Part shown: positions 19,448-30,064 of the stretch, piece by piece
How positions within the stretch are numbered: position 1 is the stretch's first letter
Layout of the letters: each line of letters starts with the position of its first letter
Origin: Vicinamibacterales bacterium
Lineage (GTDB): Bacteria; Acidobacteriota; Vicinamibacteria; Vicinamibacterales; JAMQPK01
Reading direction: 5' to 3'
DNA: 64,000 bases
NCBI GenBank assembly: GCA_963761975.1
Contig: CAVXIR010000004.1
Coordinates: 2,001,877-2,065,876, forward strand
Program-made: the position numbers and the translations under genes
The notes under the pieces: model-generated
What the model was told of the DNA's origin: nothing
The model's database searches: none
The model's input: only the letters and a program-made list of their open reading frames with translations

Positions 19448-20326
19448 ATGGCACATGAAAAGGAAGTCGGCGGCCTGTCGGGTTGGCTTATGGTGTTCGT
19501 CATTCTGCTCGTGGGCGTGATCACCGTCTGGATAATGGCCACGTCCGAGACGACGTCACGCGGCCTCGACTGGATCATGGCCGCGGGGGTCGTCATCCTC
19601 GTGCTCGACGGCGTGTGTATCGCCGGTTTCACCGTGGTCAATCCGAATGAAGCGTCGGTCGTCACGCTCTTCGGCGTCTACAAGGGCACCATCAAGCGCG
19701 CCGGGTTCTGGTGGGTCAATCCGCTGACGACGCGACGCAAGCTGTCGTTGCGTGTGCGCAACTTCGAAAGCGCCAAGCTGAAGGTCAACGAGCGCGATGG
19801 CAACCCCATCGAAATCGCGACAGTGGTCGTCTGGCGCATCGTTGAAACCTTCGAAGCGGTCTTCAACGTGGACGACTACGACAACTTCGTGCACGTGCAG
19901 AGCGAGGCGGCCGTGCGAAATCTCGCAACGACCTATCCTTACGATTCGCACGAGGACGCGAAGGTGTCGCTTCGGCTGTCCACCGGCGGCGAGGTCGCCG
20001 ATCGGATGCGCCACGAAATCCAGGAGAGACTCTCGAAAGCCGGCATCGAGGTCATCGAGGCACGCATCAGCCATCTCGCGTACGCCCCGGAAATCGCGGG
20101 CGCGATGCTGAGGAGGCAACAGGCCGCCGCCGTCATTGCCGCGCGGCAGTTGATTGTGGAAGGCGCCGTCGGCATGGTGGAGATGGCGCTCAACGAGCTG
20201 AGCCGCAAGAACGTCGTGGCGCTCGACGAAGAGCGCAAGGCGGCGATGGTGAGCAACCTGCTCGTCGTGTTGTGCAGCGAAAAGGGCGTCGAGCCGGTCG
20301 TCAATACCGGGACGCTGTACCAGTAG
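19448..20326 (+). CDS. SPFH domain membrane protein
   Basis: [43 protein letters not shown]. Confidence 0.93.
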   Translation: MAHEKEVGGLSGWLMVFVILLVGVITVWIMATSETTSRGLDWIMAAGVVILVLDGVCIAGFTVVNPNEASVVTLFGVYKGTIKRAGFWWVNPLTTRRKLSLRVRNFESAKLKVNERDGNPIEIATVVVWRIVETFEAVFNVDDYDNFVHVQSEAAVRNLATTYPYDSHEDAKVSLRLSTGGEVADRMRHEIQERLSKAGIEVIEARISHLAYAPEIAGAMLRRQQAAAVIAARQLIVEGAVGMVEMALNELSRKNVVALDEERKAAMVSNLLVVLCSEKGVEPVVNTGTLYQ

Positions 20327-20412
20327 TTGCACTGAAGCCGATCGTCGTCGCAACCAAAGCCGAGGCGGCGAAGGCACAGGCCGTGGGGGTGGGGCCCCGC
20401 GACAACTGACAA

Positions 20413-20616
20413 ATGGATAAAAAAGGATTTCCCCTTCGGCTCGATCCGGAGATCTACGACGCTCTACAGCGGTGGGCCGCTGCCGAGCTGCGCAGCGTCA
20501 ACGGGCAAATCGAGTATCTGCTCCGTTCTGCGTTGCGGGACGCGGGACGGCTGCCAGGCGGCGATCCAGCGCAGAATTCGGATGGCGACATTGCAAAACC
20601 AAAGCGCGCGAAATAG
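20413..20616 (+). CDS. Arc/ribbon-helix-helix DNA-binding protein
   Basis: [35 protein letters not shown]. Confidence 0.88.
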   Translation: MDKKGFPLRLDPEIYDALQRWAAAELRSVNGQIEYLLRSALRDAGRLPGGDPAQNSDGDIAKPKRAK

Positions 20617-21346
20617 CCCGGCGCTGCCGGCAGCACTGTTGCGGCCGACACCGCGCCACGTCCGGCTGAACGCGTCGGGTGCGATGGTCGTGGCTGTCGC
20701 GGTTCTGCTGCTCGCGGGGGGAGTGTTCGCCGAGGTTCATCTCTATCGGCGCGCGAAGATCTCAGAATCGCGCGTGGTGCGTTTCGAGTCGGAGCGGGTC
20801 GTCACTGGTGCGCAAGTCACCGGTGTGCAAAGCCGTAACGGCGAGAACGGGCGGCGCATCACGATGACCTACCAGTACGCCGTCAATGGACGGGAGTACA
20901 CGGGCTCGACGACCGTGCGCGTCTCTGAGCATGATCCTTCCAGCGTAGGCTCGCCGGTCGCCGTGTGGTATCTGCCCTCTGAACCCGATGCGAGCTGGAT
21001 GGACGGCGACGCGCCACGCGTTCAGCCGACGTGGCCGGCGCTCGCCCTGTTCGCAGCATGCGGCTTCACCGCCCTTTGGCTGATTGTGGTCATACGGAGG
21101 CAGTCGAATCTGCTCACCTATGGCCGGCCAGCGCTGGCGGTCATTCGGAAGGTTGAAAAGAAGAGATCAGACGAAGGCTGGCGCGTGCACTATGAGTGGA
21201 CGCTCCTGAGCGGAGCCACGCGGACGGGACGGTACAGCCAGGGAAAGAACCCGCCGGTCGTCGGCACGACGATTCCAATTCTGTACGATCGCGATGAACC
21301 CTCGCGCAACAGCAGGTACCCGCTGTCACTTGTCAGGGTCGTTTGA
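20582..21346 (+). CDS. DUF3592-like membrane protein
   Basis: Two TM segments; [25 protein letters not shown]. Confidence 0.65.
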   Translation: MATLQNQSARNSPALPAALLRPTPRHVRLNASGAMVVAVAVLLLAGGVFAEVHLYRRAKISESRVVRFESERVVTGAQVTGVQSRNGENGRRITMTYQYAVNGREYTGSTTVRVSEHDPSSVGSPVAVWYLPSEPDASWMDGDAPRVQPTWPALALFAACGFTALWLIVVIRRQSNLLTYGRPALAVIRKVEKKRSDEGWRVHYEWTLLSGATRTGRYSQGKNPPVVGTTIPILYDRDEPSRNSRYPLSLVRVV

Positions 21347-22706
21347 GCGGGTCGACGAGCACCTTCCCTTCGATCACGCGCACATTCTGGACTCCGGCAA
21401 ATCCCGCCGGAATCTCCTGCAGAAAGATCGTGAACGTTGTTGAAAGCCGCTGCCGTGCGGCGATGAACTTGTACGTGGGTGCGCCGAGCATCTGGGCCCG
21501 CTCGACACTCTTGCGCAAGCCTTCGTCGAACGGCGATGTGCCGAACTCGATGCCCCGAGCCGTTCCGGCTGGCGCATCCGCGCGGGGCTGATTCTGCCAG
21601 TCGATTATCCACGGATGGTCGTCGGTCGGAAACACATAGCCGACCAGCAGCGGATAGTCCTGGTTGTAGAGCGTGAACCAGCTCTGCGCATTCGATCGAT
21701 CGGTCAGGACGGGCGTATAGACCTGCCCGCCGGGAATCGCGTGGAAATCGCGCAACGACAGCGCGACGCCATTCGCCAACAGCGGCGCCTCCGGCCATTG
21801 GAACAGCTGGCCCCCCGCCCACTTGGCGCCCGCGGTTCGGACGGGATCGGTCATCCCACGGGTGCCCGACATGTCGAGCACGTTTCGGCCTGGCGCGACA
21901 AACGGCGCGCCGAACGTCGCGTGTTGATCGCGGTTATAGGGCCGATCGTACGGGGCCAGATTCTCGATCCACTCTTCAACGCTGACGGATGCGTCACCCG
22001 CCCTCACCGTCACCGCACGCTCAATCTTGTAATGTGTCTTCGGTAGATCGGCGCCGTAGAAGAACGTGACGCCTTTTCCATCGATCTGCGGCGCGCGCGT
22101 TTGCTGCCAGTCGACCGACCCGGCTTCGCCGTGGCCGCGCAGCCCCTGCGCCCGTTCCTCGGCTGAGGCAGGTCCGAAGTACGGGAAGCAGACGAGATGG
22201 CCCATGTAGCCTTCGCCCGCAGGAATGAACATCGGGTTGATCGACAACCGCGTGTTGGTCGAGATGAACCGCACTTCGGCGATGTGTCCCCCGCCGCGCA
22301 GCAGCGCGACGCGGATCTTGCCGTTCTCGAGCACCCATCCGGGACGGCCGTAGACTTGCGCTTCTTCCCGCACGGTGGGCGATTGCGCGATCACGCTCAG
22401 GGGAATGAGTGCTGTGACAGCAAACAAAATGACGCTGGAGATCAGGTAGAGGCGGATGGGCGGAACCCACTGCGCACGATGGCCGGCGAGGTACTGAAGC
22501 GTGAGGAATCCCGGCGAGAGCAGGAGACGACGGACGGATTGGAAGATGCGTCCGTGTACATTCAGCGTTTCGTCAACGAAATCGTGAAAGAAATCGCGCA
22601 GCGTGACGGTCAGCGGTAGCGCTTTCTGGCCACACGCCGAACCGAACCGCCCATTCAGTCGGATGCCGCAATTGTGACAGAACTCCGAGTCACTGGGCGC
22701 GTGCAA
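21333..22706 (-). CDS. DUF3667-like N-terminus fused to a galactose-mutarotase-like domain
   Basis: CHNCG..CGQ..PGFLTLQYLAG..PPIRLYL, then VLENGKIRVALLRGGGHIAE, HGEAG, HATFG. Confidence 0.55.
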   Translation of the reverse strand: MHAPSDSEFCHNCGIRLNGRFGSACGQKALPLTVTLRDFFHDFVDETLNVHGRIFQSVRRLLLSPGFLTLQYLAGHRAQWVPPIRLYLISSVILFAVTALIPLSVIAQSPTVREEAQVYGRPGWVLENGKIRVALLRGGGHIAEVRFISTNTRLSINPMFIPAGEGYMGHLVCFPYFGPASAEERAQGLRGHGEAGSVDWQQTRAPQIDGKGVTFFYGADLPKTHYKIERAVTVRAGDASVSVEEWIENLAPYDRPYNRDQHATFGAPFVAPGRNVLDMSGTRGMTDPVRTAGAKWAGGQLFQWPEAPLLANGVALSLRDFHAIPGGQVYTPVLTDRSNAQSWFTLYNQDYPLLVGYVFPTDDHPWIIDWQNQPRADAPAGTARGIEFGTSPFDEGLRKSVERAQMLGAPTYKFIAARQRLSTTFTIFLQEIPAGFAGVQNVRVIEGKVLVDPLKRP

Positions 22707-24102
22707 GATCTCGTACCACCTCGTAGTGGAAGCGTACGAATTTGTGCAGCTCGCTTTCGAGGATCCGTTCCTGATCGCTGTGCGCGCCGAAGCCCTTCGG
22801 GCCGTCTTCGGCGTCGAGCGCTGGACCGACGCCGTAACACTGAATCCCCTTCTCGCGAAGATACGCCATGTCCGTGGCGCCCGTACTCATCGTTGGCAGT
22901 ACTGCGGTGTCGTACAGGCGCGCGAACGCCGACTCCAGCACCTTGAACACTTCCGAATCGAGCCGCGCGCTCGGCGTGCCCGGCCGCACATCGCGCGGAA
23001 TCCACTCGGCCCGAACGGCCGGATCGTTGATGACTTTTCGCAGCTCGCTGATGAACACCTCTGGATCCTGGCCCGACATCAGACGCACGTCGAGCGTGGC
23101 CTTCGCTTCCGATGGAATCACGTTGACGCGATACCCACCCTGGATGATGTTGGGCGAAATAGACGCGCGTAACGAGGAGGCGAGGCGCGGCTCGCTCTTG
23201 GCGAAGTGGTCCACCGCGTCTTGTGCCGCCTTGGGGTCGTTGCCGATGACGGCGCGATAGCGCGCCGCCTCTGCGGGAGGCGAAATCGCCGCCAGCCGCG
23301 CGAAGTAGGTGCGCGTGGTGTCGTTCAGCTGAATGGGCGGCCGCCAGGTCGACACCGCCGTGATGGCCTGTGCCAGCTTGAGCACGGAGTTCGTCTGGAG
23401 CGGAACTGACCCATGGCCCGCCACACCGGTCGAGGTCAGTTGAATCGCGCGCGGGATCTTTTCGGCCGTCTGCACCGATGCATAGCGGATGCGGCCTTCG
23501 CTGCGAAGCACGCTGCCGCCCTCGGCGAGACAATACTCCGCGTCGATCTCGGAAAAGTGCTGCTGCACCATGAACTGGATGCCCACGCGTGTCGTGCCCT
23601 CTTCCCCGGCTTCCGCAAGAAAGATCACGTCACGCGCGAGCGGCACGTTCGAACGCTTCAACAGCAGCATCGTCATGAGCGCTGCCGCAACGTTGTCTTT
23701 GTCATCGACCGTGCCACGGCCGTAGACGTATCCGCCGTCGCGTGTGGCGCTGAATGGCGGGAACGTCCACTTCGCCGGATCGACGTTCACTGTATCAGTG
23801 TGTCCCATGATCAAGAGGGGACGCTTCGATCCGTTGCCTTTCAGCCGAGCGACGATGTTCGGGCGATTGGGCTCGAGCTCGAAGACTTTGGTCGCGATGC
23901 CTTCGCTCTCGAGCACCTTCTTGAGATACTCGGCAGCGGGCCGCTCTCCTCCCGGAGGATCGCTCGTGTCAAACCTGACGACCGCTTGAAAGTGCTGCAG
24001 CGTCTCTGCCTCGACCTTGGACCAGTCGATAGCTGCGGGCGTTTGCGCGAGAAGCCCTGCCGTCGCGGCAGTCAGAAATCCAGCGGCGAATAGCTTTTTC
24101 AT
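22690..24102 (-). CDS. M20/M25/M40 metallopeptidase, secreted
   Basis: GHTDTV, GRGTVDDK, EAGEE, GHGS, AHSDQE. Confidence 0.92.
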   Translation of the reverse strand: MKKLFAAGFLTAATAGLLAQTPAAIDWSKVEAETLQHFQAVVRFDTSDPPGGERPAAEYLKKVLESEGIATKVFELEPNRPNIVARLKGNGSKRPLLIMGHTDTVNVDPAKWTFPPFSATRDGGYVYGRGTVDDKDNVAAALMTMLLLKRSNVPLARDVIFLAEAGEEGTTRVGIQFMVQQHFSEIDAEYCLAEGGSVLRSEGRIRYASVQTAEKIPRAIQLTSTGVAGHGSVPLQTNSVLKLAQAITAVSTWRPPIQLNDTTRTYFARLAAISPPAEAARYRAVIGNDPKAAQDAVDHFAKSEPRLASSLRASISPNIIQGGYRVNVIPSEAKATLDVRLMSGQDPEVFISELRKVINDPAVRAEWIPRDVRPGTPSARLDSEVFKVLESAFARLYDTAVLPTMSTGATDMAYLREKGIQCYGVGPALDAEDGPKGFGAHSDQERILESELHKFVRFHYEVVRDLARAQ

Positions 24103-24110
24103 GATTTGTA

Positions 24111-25686
24111 CTATTTGGCAGCACAGGCAAAGTTCTCGGCGTCGGCTAAGCTTCCCGCGCCTTTATAGCGCGCAATCTGCGGATACGGACACAGCGGCCG
24201 CGTACGGTCGACCTTGCCCTCGGTCGCGTGCGACGCGATGATGTGCGCCGGCGCTCTGCCCTTCGAAACCCACTCCTCCATCGCCTCAACCTTGTTAAAC
24301 GTGTCGGTGCCGACACCGCCCTGGCAGTGATCCATACCGGGAACCATATAGAGCTGAATGGATCGCCCCGCGACGTCGCGTCCCGTCGTCTGGAGCACGC
24401 GCTCGAAGAAAGTCACGCTGCTCATCGCCGGTACCTGCCGATCGTTCCAGCCGTGATACATGAGGAGCTTGCCGCCGCGTTTGAAGAATGGTCGCAGATC
24501 GGGTGTGACCGTGTTCAACACCTTCGCTTCGTTCTCCATCAGCTCGAAATCTGTTGCCATGTCGAAGCGATCGGGCGTCCATCCCGGATCTTTGTGCACC
24601 AGCCTGTAGGCGTCGACCGCGTTCGCGAACGGCTGTGGCCCGGCGAGCGTTCCCCACGCCAGCTCAGATCCCGGTTGCAGCAAGGCTGGATACAGCTTCG
24701 TTTCCGTTTTCGGAAACTTCACGTCCGAATAGAGAAGCTTTGCGGTCTCGACCTGCGGTGGCGTGAGGCACGATGGTCCATCCGCGCCTTTGCACTCCAG
24801 GACCTTCGGATCGAATTTGCAGGCGCGCGGGTTCTCGAGCACGCCGTCCTTCGCACCGTCGAGTGTGTCGCACGCGTTGAGCGCGGCTTCGTGAATCGCC
24901 GGATACTTCTCGGGAGGGATATAGCTGTCGGCGCTCCGGTGCACGAGCCGGTTTATCAACAGGCGCACGCTCATGAGACGCGCGCGTGGATCGGGCGGCG
25001 CGCCGGCAACGATGGCGTCGAAGTCGGCGGGGTACTTTGATGCGATGGTGAGCCCCTGATTGCCGCCAGTCGAGCAACCATTCCACAGAGCCACTTTCGG
25101 CGCGGTGTCGTAATGCGCATTGACGACAGCTTTCGCACTCACCGCCAGTTCGTGCAGCGAGCGATGCGCGTAATCGATCAGTTTCTCGGGATGGCTGATG
25201 GCAAACGTACTGCCGGGTGTTGAATGCCCCGTGTCTGTGGCTGTCGCGGCATACCCGCTGGTCACTGCGGCCGCGAGCGCCGTATACGAGATCGAGCCCG
25301 CCCATCCGCCATTGCCAACGGCTTGGAGCTTTCCATTCCATCCGTCCTTCGGCAGCCAGACCTCGACCTTGATGTCGGAATCGCTCGTCGGCGTCAGAGT
25401 GGCCGTGACGCGGCAGAACGCCGGCGTGGCAGCATATGTGCGCGCGGCAGCAGGAGCGATCGTGGCGGGCGTCGGCGGTTTGAAAGTTACCCTGCGCCAC
25501 TTCGACCGCGCCCGTGATCTTGCCGTTGGGCAGCTGGAGCGACACGAGACTTTCGCACGGGGCGGGAGCCGCTCGCATCAGCGCCGGTCCAGGCGCCAGG
25601 AGCGCGAGCAGGAGAGCGACAGAGAACTTACGTGGGGCAGAGGCCCCCGGATCAAAGGACGAAGGGCGGCAATGATTCGTTGTCAT
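24111..25686 (-). CDS. Tannase/feruloyl esterase family hydrolase (frameshift at ~25485)
   Basis: GNGGWAG, TDTGH, GCSTGG, YHGWND, PGMDHC, RTRPLCPYP; removing one T joins the signal-peptide frame. Confidence 0.85.
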
Positions 25687-25712
25687 TGCCGCCCTTTTTA
25701 CCACGGTCCGGA

Positions 25713-25741
25713 CTTAGCCGGTAGCCGGTAGCCATTAGCGG
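25713..25741. repeat. 7-nt-period array (TAGCCGG)
   Basis: tagccgg tagccgg tagccat tagcgg. Confidence 0.75.
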
Positions 25742-25744
25742 TCG

Positions 25745-27574
25745 TCATTTCAGCGGATTCGGCGTGGCATTCGCGTCCACATCACCAAGGATGTATTGCA
25801 TCCCGACCAGGAAGTGGCCGACGATCTCCGGCCGCATGAAGGTTTCCGTCATGTGGCCCATCGAGTTGTAGAAGACGCGCCCCTTGCCGTATTCACGAAT
25901 CCAGGCCACCGGATACACCTTGTCGGGCCGGCGATAGCCCTGCCACGGCTTGTCGCTCGAGTTCGGCACCTTCTCGTCGAGGTCAACGATCAGCAACACG
26001 CGCACCTTGTCCCAGCGCAACCGGCCGTTGCCCTGGTCTTCGAAGCGGTAGTACTCCTCGCGAAACGGCAGGTCTTCGTAGTTGAAGGGACGTACGATCG
26101 GGTTGTCCTTGTCGTACACCTTCAGGATGCCGTTCTCGATACGATGCGGCGCACTTTGCGAGCCGATCATCTCGGCGAACTCGTCCCAATTGCGCGACGC
26201 CCAAGGCGTACCGTGAATACCGCCAATGCCGCCGCCTTCATTGACGTAGCGGACCAGATCGGCCCGCATCGCCGGGTCGGGCAGGAACTCGCCGACGATG
26301 CTGTTCAGGAAGATCGCGTCGTATTCTTTGACCTTCGGGTACCGCAGGTTGCTGAGGTCATTGCTGAACACCGTCGTCCATGCGCCGGTCTTTTCGCCCA
26401 TCCGCTGAATCATGACGTTGGTAAGCGGGATGGTGTTGTGCGACATGCCCTCGAGGCTCTCGATGACGAGAAGCTTGCGCGGCTTCTTCGACGCCGCAAA
26501 CGGCTTGTTTGGAATCGCCGCATCGATTTTCGCGCGAGTCTCTGCCGCTCGACGCTCGATCTCGGCGGGCGCCAGCGTCTCGCCGCGCGAAGGCGTCACG
26601 ACGTCGAATCGGATCGGGCGTGTGCGCGAGAACTCGTTGAAATTCGCCGCGTAGGCAGACTGCACGACATCCTCGAACGCCGCGACCGCGGTAAACAGAT
26701 CCGCGGGCACCTTTACCAGCCCCGTCGTGTCGAGCGTCATGGCAATGGGCACTCTCGTGGTCACGATGGGGCTACCGTCGCCGCCAAGACGAATGGAAAT
26801 CTGGCGATCGTCCTGCCGCTCGAGCTCGGCGAAAAACTCGCGGAGATTCGCCACACCTTTGCCGGGCGGCACGTTCTGCGCGTTCGCGCCTCGCGCCGCG
26901 CGGTCGCGCACCAGCACGTAGAGCAGCCGATCCCTCACGCGGGCAACGCCCTCGCGCACGTTGGTGCCCTCCTGTGCCCACTGTCCCGTGTCGACGCCCA
27001 CACCGAGCCGGCGGCTCCGGCCCTCCATTGCTTTCACGGTTTCCGCCGAGCTGTTCAACACCGCTACTGTGACGCGGAATTCCTCGGCGAGGGTGTCGAG
27101 ACCGGCGAAGTCCGCGTTACCCGGAACGACAATCGTCGTCGCGCCGAGATGCTGAGCGAACTCGAAAACCCTGCGGCGGGTTGCGGCGTCGGCAGGCAGG
27201 TTGTCGACGCGATACGCGCCGACGCGCACGTTCTGTCCCGTTCCCCCTCTCACCGCTGCAACTTCCGCGGCGGTCAGGTTGTAATCGAGGTTCTTCTGAA
27301 CCTGCTGACTGACACGCTGCGTGCTGGAGGCTTCGACGAACGGCACGAGCGCCGCATCGGCACGCACGACCGATTCGAGGAACGTCAGACCCATGCCGGG
27401 GACGGCGAGGTCCCAGTTGGTGAGCCGATCGTTGGCCACCAGCGTGCGCGTGCGCCACGTGACGCGCTCGAGCGCGTCTGACGCGCGCGGGAACTCTGGC
27501 GTCTGGCTCTGCTGGGCCACCAGCGTCGCCATGCATATGGCAAAAAGTGCGGCGATCGTGATTCGTGTTTTCAT
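25745..27574 (-). CDS. Secreted TIM-barrel (sugar-phosphate isomerase-like) + ThuA-like domain protein
   Basis: GVGVDTGQW; GGGIGGIHG; PVAWIREYGKGRVFYNSMGH. Confidence 0.8.
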   Translation of the reverse strand: MKTRITIAALFAICMATLVAQQSQTPEFPRASDALERVTWRTRTLVANDRLTNWDLAVPGMGLTFLESVVRADAALVPFVEASSTQRVSQQVQKNLDYNLTAAEVAAVRGGTGQNVRVGAYRVDNLPADAATRRRVFEFAQHLGATTIVVPGNADFAGLDTLAEEFRVTVAVLNSSAETVKAMEGRSRRLGVGVDTGQWAQEGTNVREGVARVRDRLLYVLVRDRAARGANAQNVPPGKGVANLREFFAELERQDDRQISIRLGGDGSPIVTTRVPIAMTLDTTGLVKVPADLFTAVAAFEDVVQSAYAANFNEFSRTRPIRFDVVTPSRGETLAPAEIERRAAETRAKIDAAIPNKPFAASKKPRKLLVIESLEGMSHNTIPLTNVMIQRMGEKTGAWTTVFSNDLSNLRYPKVKEYDAIFLNSIVGEFLPDPAMRADLVRYVNEGGGIGGIHGTPWASRNWDEFAEMIGSQSAPHRIENGILKVYDKDNPIVRPFNYEDLPFREEYYRFEDQGNGRLRWDKVRVLLIVDLDEKVPNSSDKPWQGYRRPDKVYPVAWIREYGKGRVFYNSMGHMTETFMRPEIVGHFLVGMQYILGDVDANATPNPLK

Positions 27575-27593
27575 AATCGTCCTCATGCGATGT

Positions 27594-27617
27594 GGCGCAA
27601 CTAAAGTTGCGCCCTAC
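27594..27617. repeat. GTAG-type REP
   Basis: Reverse complement GTAGggcgcaactttagttgcgcc. Confidence 0.75.
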
Positions 27618-27626
27618 CGATCAGCC

Positions 27627-29855
27627 CTACCGCTTGTCGGGAAGCGCGAAGACATGATAGCCCTGCGCTTCGATTTTCCCTTGTTTGCGGTGCAGCGGAT
27701 TCTTCCACACAGGGTCTCCGCCAGTTCCCCATGATGCGCCAACGGCGAATGCGATGTACTGCCGACCGTTCACCTGATAGACGGCGGGAATGCCTTCGGG
27801 ATTGGCTTCGAGCTCGTGCTCCCAGATGAGCTGCCCCGTCTCCTTGTCGAACGCGCGCAGGAACCGATCCTGCGAGTTGGCGAGAAACACGAGACCGCCG
27901 GCCGTTACAACCGGGCCATTGCGCGGCCGCACGGTGCCCGTCGTGGTTTTCAGTCCCTTGTCCGCAAGCCCCGGCGCGGTGCCGTCAGCCACGCGCCACT
28001 TGACGGTGCCCTCATTCAGGTCGTAGGCGACGAGTTGCGACCACGGCGGTCCGCTTACCGGGTACCCATTGCTCGTATACCAGCCTGCCGAAAACGATCC
28101 TCCATAACGTGTGGGCGGACCCTGATAGCGATTCGGACTCTGTGGAAGCCGGATTTCGGATGGGTTGCCCGCCTGCTCGTCGCTCGTCGCAAGAGACATC
28201 AGGTACGCCTCGAGGGCGTCGAGCGCGTCGTTCGAAATATTTGATGCGTTGAACCCCGGCATCGAGTTGATGCCCTGCCTCACGATCGAGCGGAATCCCT
28301 GCGAGCCGATCACCTGCAAACTCCGCATCGGCATCTGGCCGGGTCCGTGACAGGAGGCACAGCGTTGCATGTACACGCTCTGACCTTCCTGCTCGCGAGG
28401 CCCGAGCGGCGCACCCTGTCCTCGCCCACCGCCACCACCGCCACCGCTGCCAGGCGTCGCGAGCGACATCTTGCGGTAGCTGATCATCTCGAGGCTGCGT
28501 ACGTAAACCATGCCGGTCTGCGGGTCGCCTGCCGTGCTGCCCCAGTTGGCTCCGCCCCATGCACCGGGGAACTGAATGTGCGGACGCAAGTGGCTCGACG
28601 GAGTGAAGACGCCTTCGTTGGCCGCTTCCCGCACGAGCTGCTTCAGCTTTTCCTGCTCTTCGGGACTGACGAACGGATTCACCTCTTCGGGCGTCATCGA
28701 CTGACGTGCGAACGGCGGCGGCTTGGTTGGAAACGGCTGCGTCGGTGACGAGAACTCGCCCGGCACCTCGCTCTTGGGAACCGGGCGCTCTTCGATGGGC
28801 CACAGCGGTGTGCCCGTCTTGCGTTCGAAAACGTAGAGGAAGCCGGTCTTGCCGGCCTGCGCCACGATGTCGATTGGCTTGCCGTTGTGATTCACGGTCA
28901 GCAGCTTCGGCGCAGCGGCGTTGTCGTAATCCCACAAATCGTGATGAACGATCTGGAAATGCCAGAGCCGTTTGCCGCTGCGCGCGTCGAGCGCCAGCAG
29001 GCAGTTGCCGAACAGATTGTTGCCCTGACGATCGCCGCCATACAGATCGTGCGTCGGCGATCCAGTCGGCAGAAAGACGATGCCGTTCCTTTCGTCGAGC
29101 GTGAGATCGCCCCACGTATTAGCGCCCCCCGCATATCTGAACGCGTCCTCCGGCCACGTCTCGTAACCGTAGTCGCCCGGCCGCGGAATCGTGTGGAACG
29201 TCCACACGAGTTTGCCGGTGATGACGTCGTAGGCGCGGATATCTCCCGGAGGCGAACCGTAGCCTTCCCCGACGTTGGACCCGACGATGATGAGGTTTTC
29301 GAAGACGCGGCCCGGGCTGCTGTTCGGCCCGCCGTTGCGGCGGGGGGATCCGACACGCATGTCCACAAACCCCTTCGTGCCGAAGGTGAGGATTTGCTGC
29401 CCGGTCCGCGCGTCGACCTCGCGAATGCCGTTGCTGGCCGTCAGAATGAGGCGGCGATCTGAACGGTCTTTGCTTTCCCAGTATGCGAGCCCGCGGTCCG
29501 GCGTCTGCAGCGTCGACATCCACAGCTCTTTTCCCGTGGTCGCGTCGAGCGCGACGAGCACACCGCGCACGCCGGAGACATACATCACGTTGTCGACGAC
29601 GAGCGGGTTGAACACGAGCCGTTCAGTCTCTCCGTGCACCGCGTAAAACCAGGCGGGTTGGAGCTGCTTGACGTTGCTCTTGTTGATCTGCGCGAGCGCG
29701 GAGTACTGCATCGAATCGGATGACCCGCCGTATTGATCCCATTTCGAGTAGGGCTGCGGTTGCTGAGCGTACGGCGTCCGCTGCATGGTGGCGGCAAGCC
29801 CAAACAGAGCGATGCCGGCAAGCAGCACCCGGAGGGCTCGGGCGGTCGAGGTCAT
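27627..29855 (-). CDS. PQQ-dependent (glucose/quinate-type) dehydrogenase with inserted cytochrome c domain
   Basis: WHFQIVHHDLWDYD, ERPVPKS..SPTQPFP, GGANWG, CASCH, NGRQYIA. Confidence 0.9.
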   Translation of the reverse strand: MTSTARALRVLLAGIALFGLAATMQRTPYAQQPQPYSKWDQYGGSSDSMQYSALAQINKSNVKQLQPAWFYAVHGETERLVFNPLVVDNVMYVSGVRGVLVALDATTGKELWMSTLQTPDRGLAYWESKDRSDRRLILTASNGIREVDARTGQQILTFGTKGFVDMRVGSPRRNGGPNSSPGRVFENLIIVGSNVGEGYGSPPGDIRAYDVITGKLVWTFHTIPRPGDYGYETWPEDAFRYAGGANTWGDLTLDERNGIVFLPTGSPTHDLYGGDRQGNNLFGNCLLALDARSGKRLWHFQIVHHDLWDYDNAAAPKLLTVNHNGKPIDIVAQAGKTGFLYVFERKTGTPLWPIEERPVPKSEVPGEFSSPTQPFPTKPPPFARQSMTPEEVNPFVSPEEQEKLKQLVREAANEGVFTPSSHLRPHIQFPGAWGGANWGSTAGDPQTGMVYVRSLEMISYRKMSLATPGSGGGGGGGRGQGAPLGPREQEGQSVYMQRCASCHGPGQMPMRSLQVIGSQGFRSIVRQGINSMPGFNASNISNDALDALEAYLMSLATSDEQAGNPSEIRLPQSPNRYQGPPTRYGGSFSAGWYTSNGYPVSGPPWSQLVAYDLNEGTVKWRVADGTAPGLADKGLKTTTGTVRPRNGPVVTAGGLVFLANSQDRFLRAFDKETGQLIWEHELEANPEGIPAVYQVNGRQYIAFAVGASWGTGGDPVWKNPLHRKQGKIEAQGYHVFALPDKR

Positions 29856-29876
29856 TGTGGGCTCCTGATGGGGTTA

Positions 29877-29890
29877 CTTTACCGGTAAAG
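29877..29890. promoter_or_regulatory. Perfect 14-bp operator palindrome CTTTACCGGTAAAG
   Basis: About 22 nt upstream of the PQQ dehydrogenase ATG; near-identical copies at 17666 and 17688. Confidence 0.7.
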
Positions 29891-29902
29891 ACTGGGGTTT
29901 GA

Positions 29903-30018
29903 AAAGGGCTGAGGGCTAAGGGCTGAGGGCTCGCAAAGAGTCGCAAGTCTCAGGTCGAAAGTCGTAAGGCACAAGTCAGTCGGAAGTCGCAAGTTGCAGT
30001 TGAGTCGGAAGTCGCAAG
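29903..30018. repeat. Two abutting 7-nt arrays (AGGGCTG; AGTCGCA)
   Basis: aagggct gagggct aagggct gagggct; agtcgca agtctca ggtcgaa agtcgta ... agtcgga agtcgca. Confidence 0.85.
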
Positions 30019-30041
30019 GCTCGTCCTTCACGCCGTCGCAG

Positions 30042-30064
30042 GTGGCACAGGGCTTTAGCCCTGT
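30042..30064. repeat. REP (GTGG variant)
   Basis: gtggcacagggctttagccctgt; same layout as the 13300 REP. Confidence 0.7.

Noticed and set aside
28425..28450. CCA/CCG triplet repeat in the PQQ dehydrogenase
   Set aside because: Ordinary poly-Gly linker before the cytochrome c domain.
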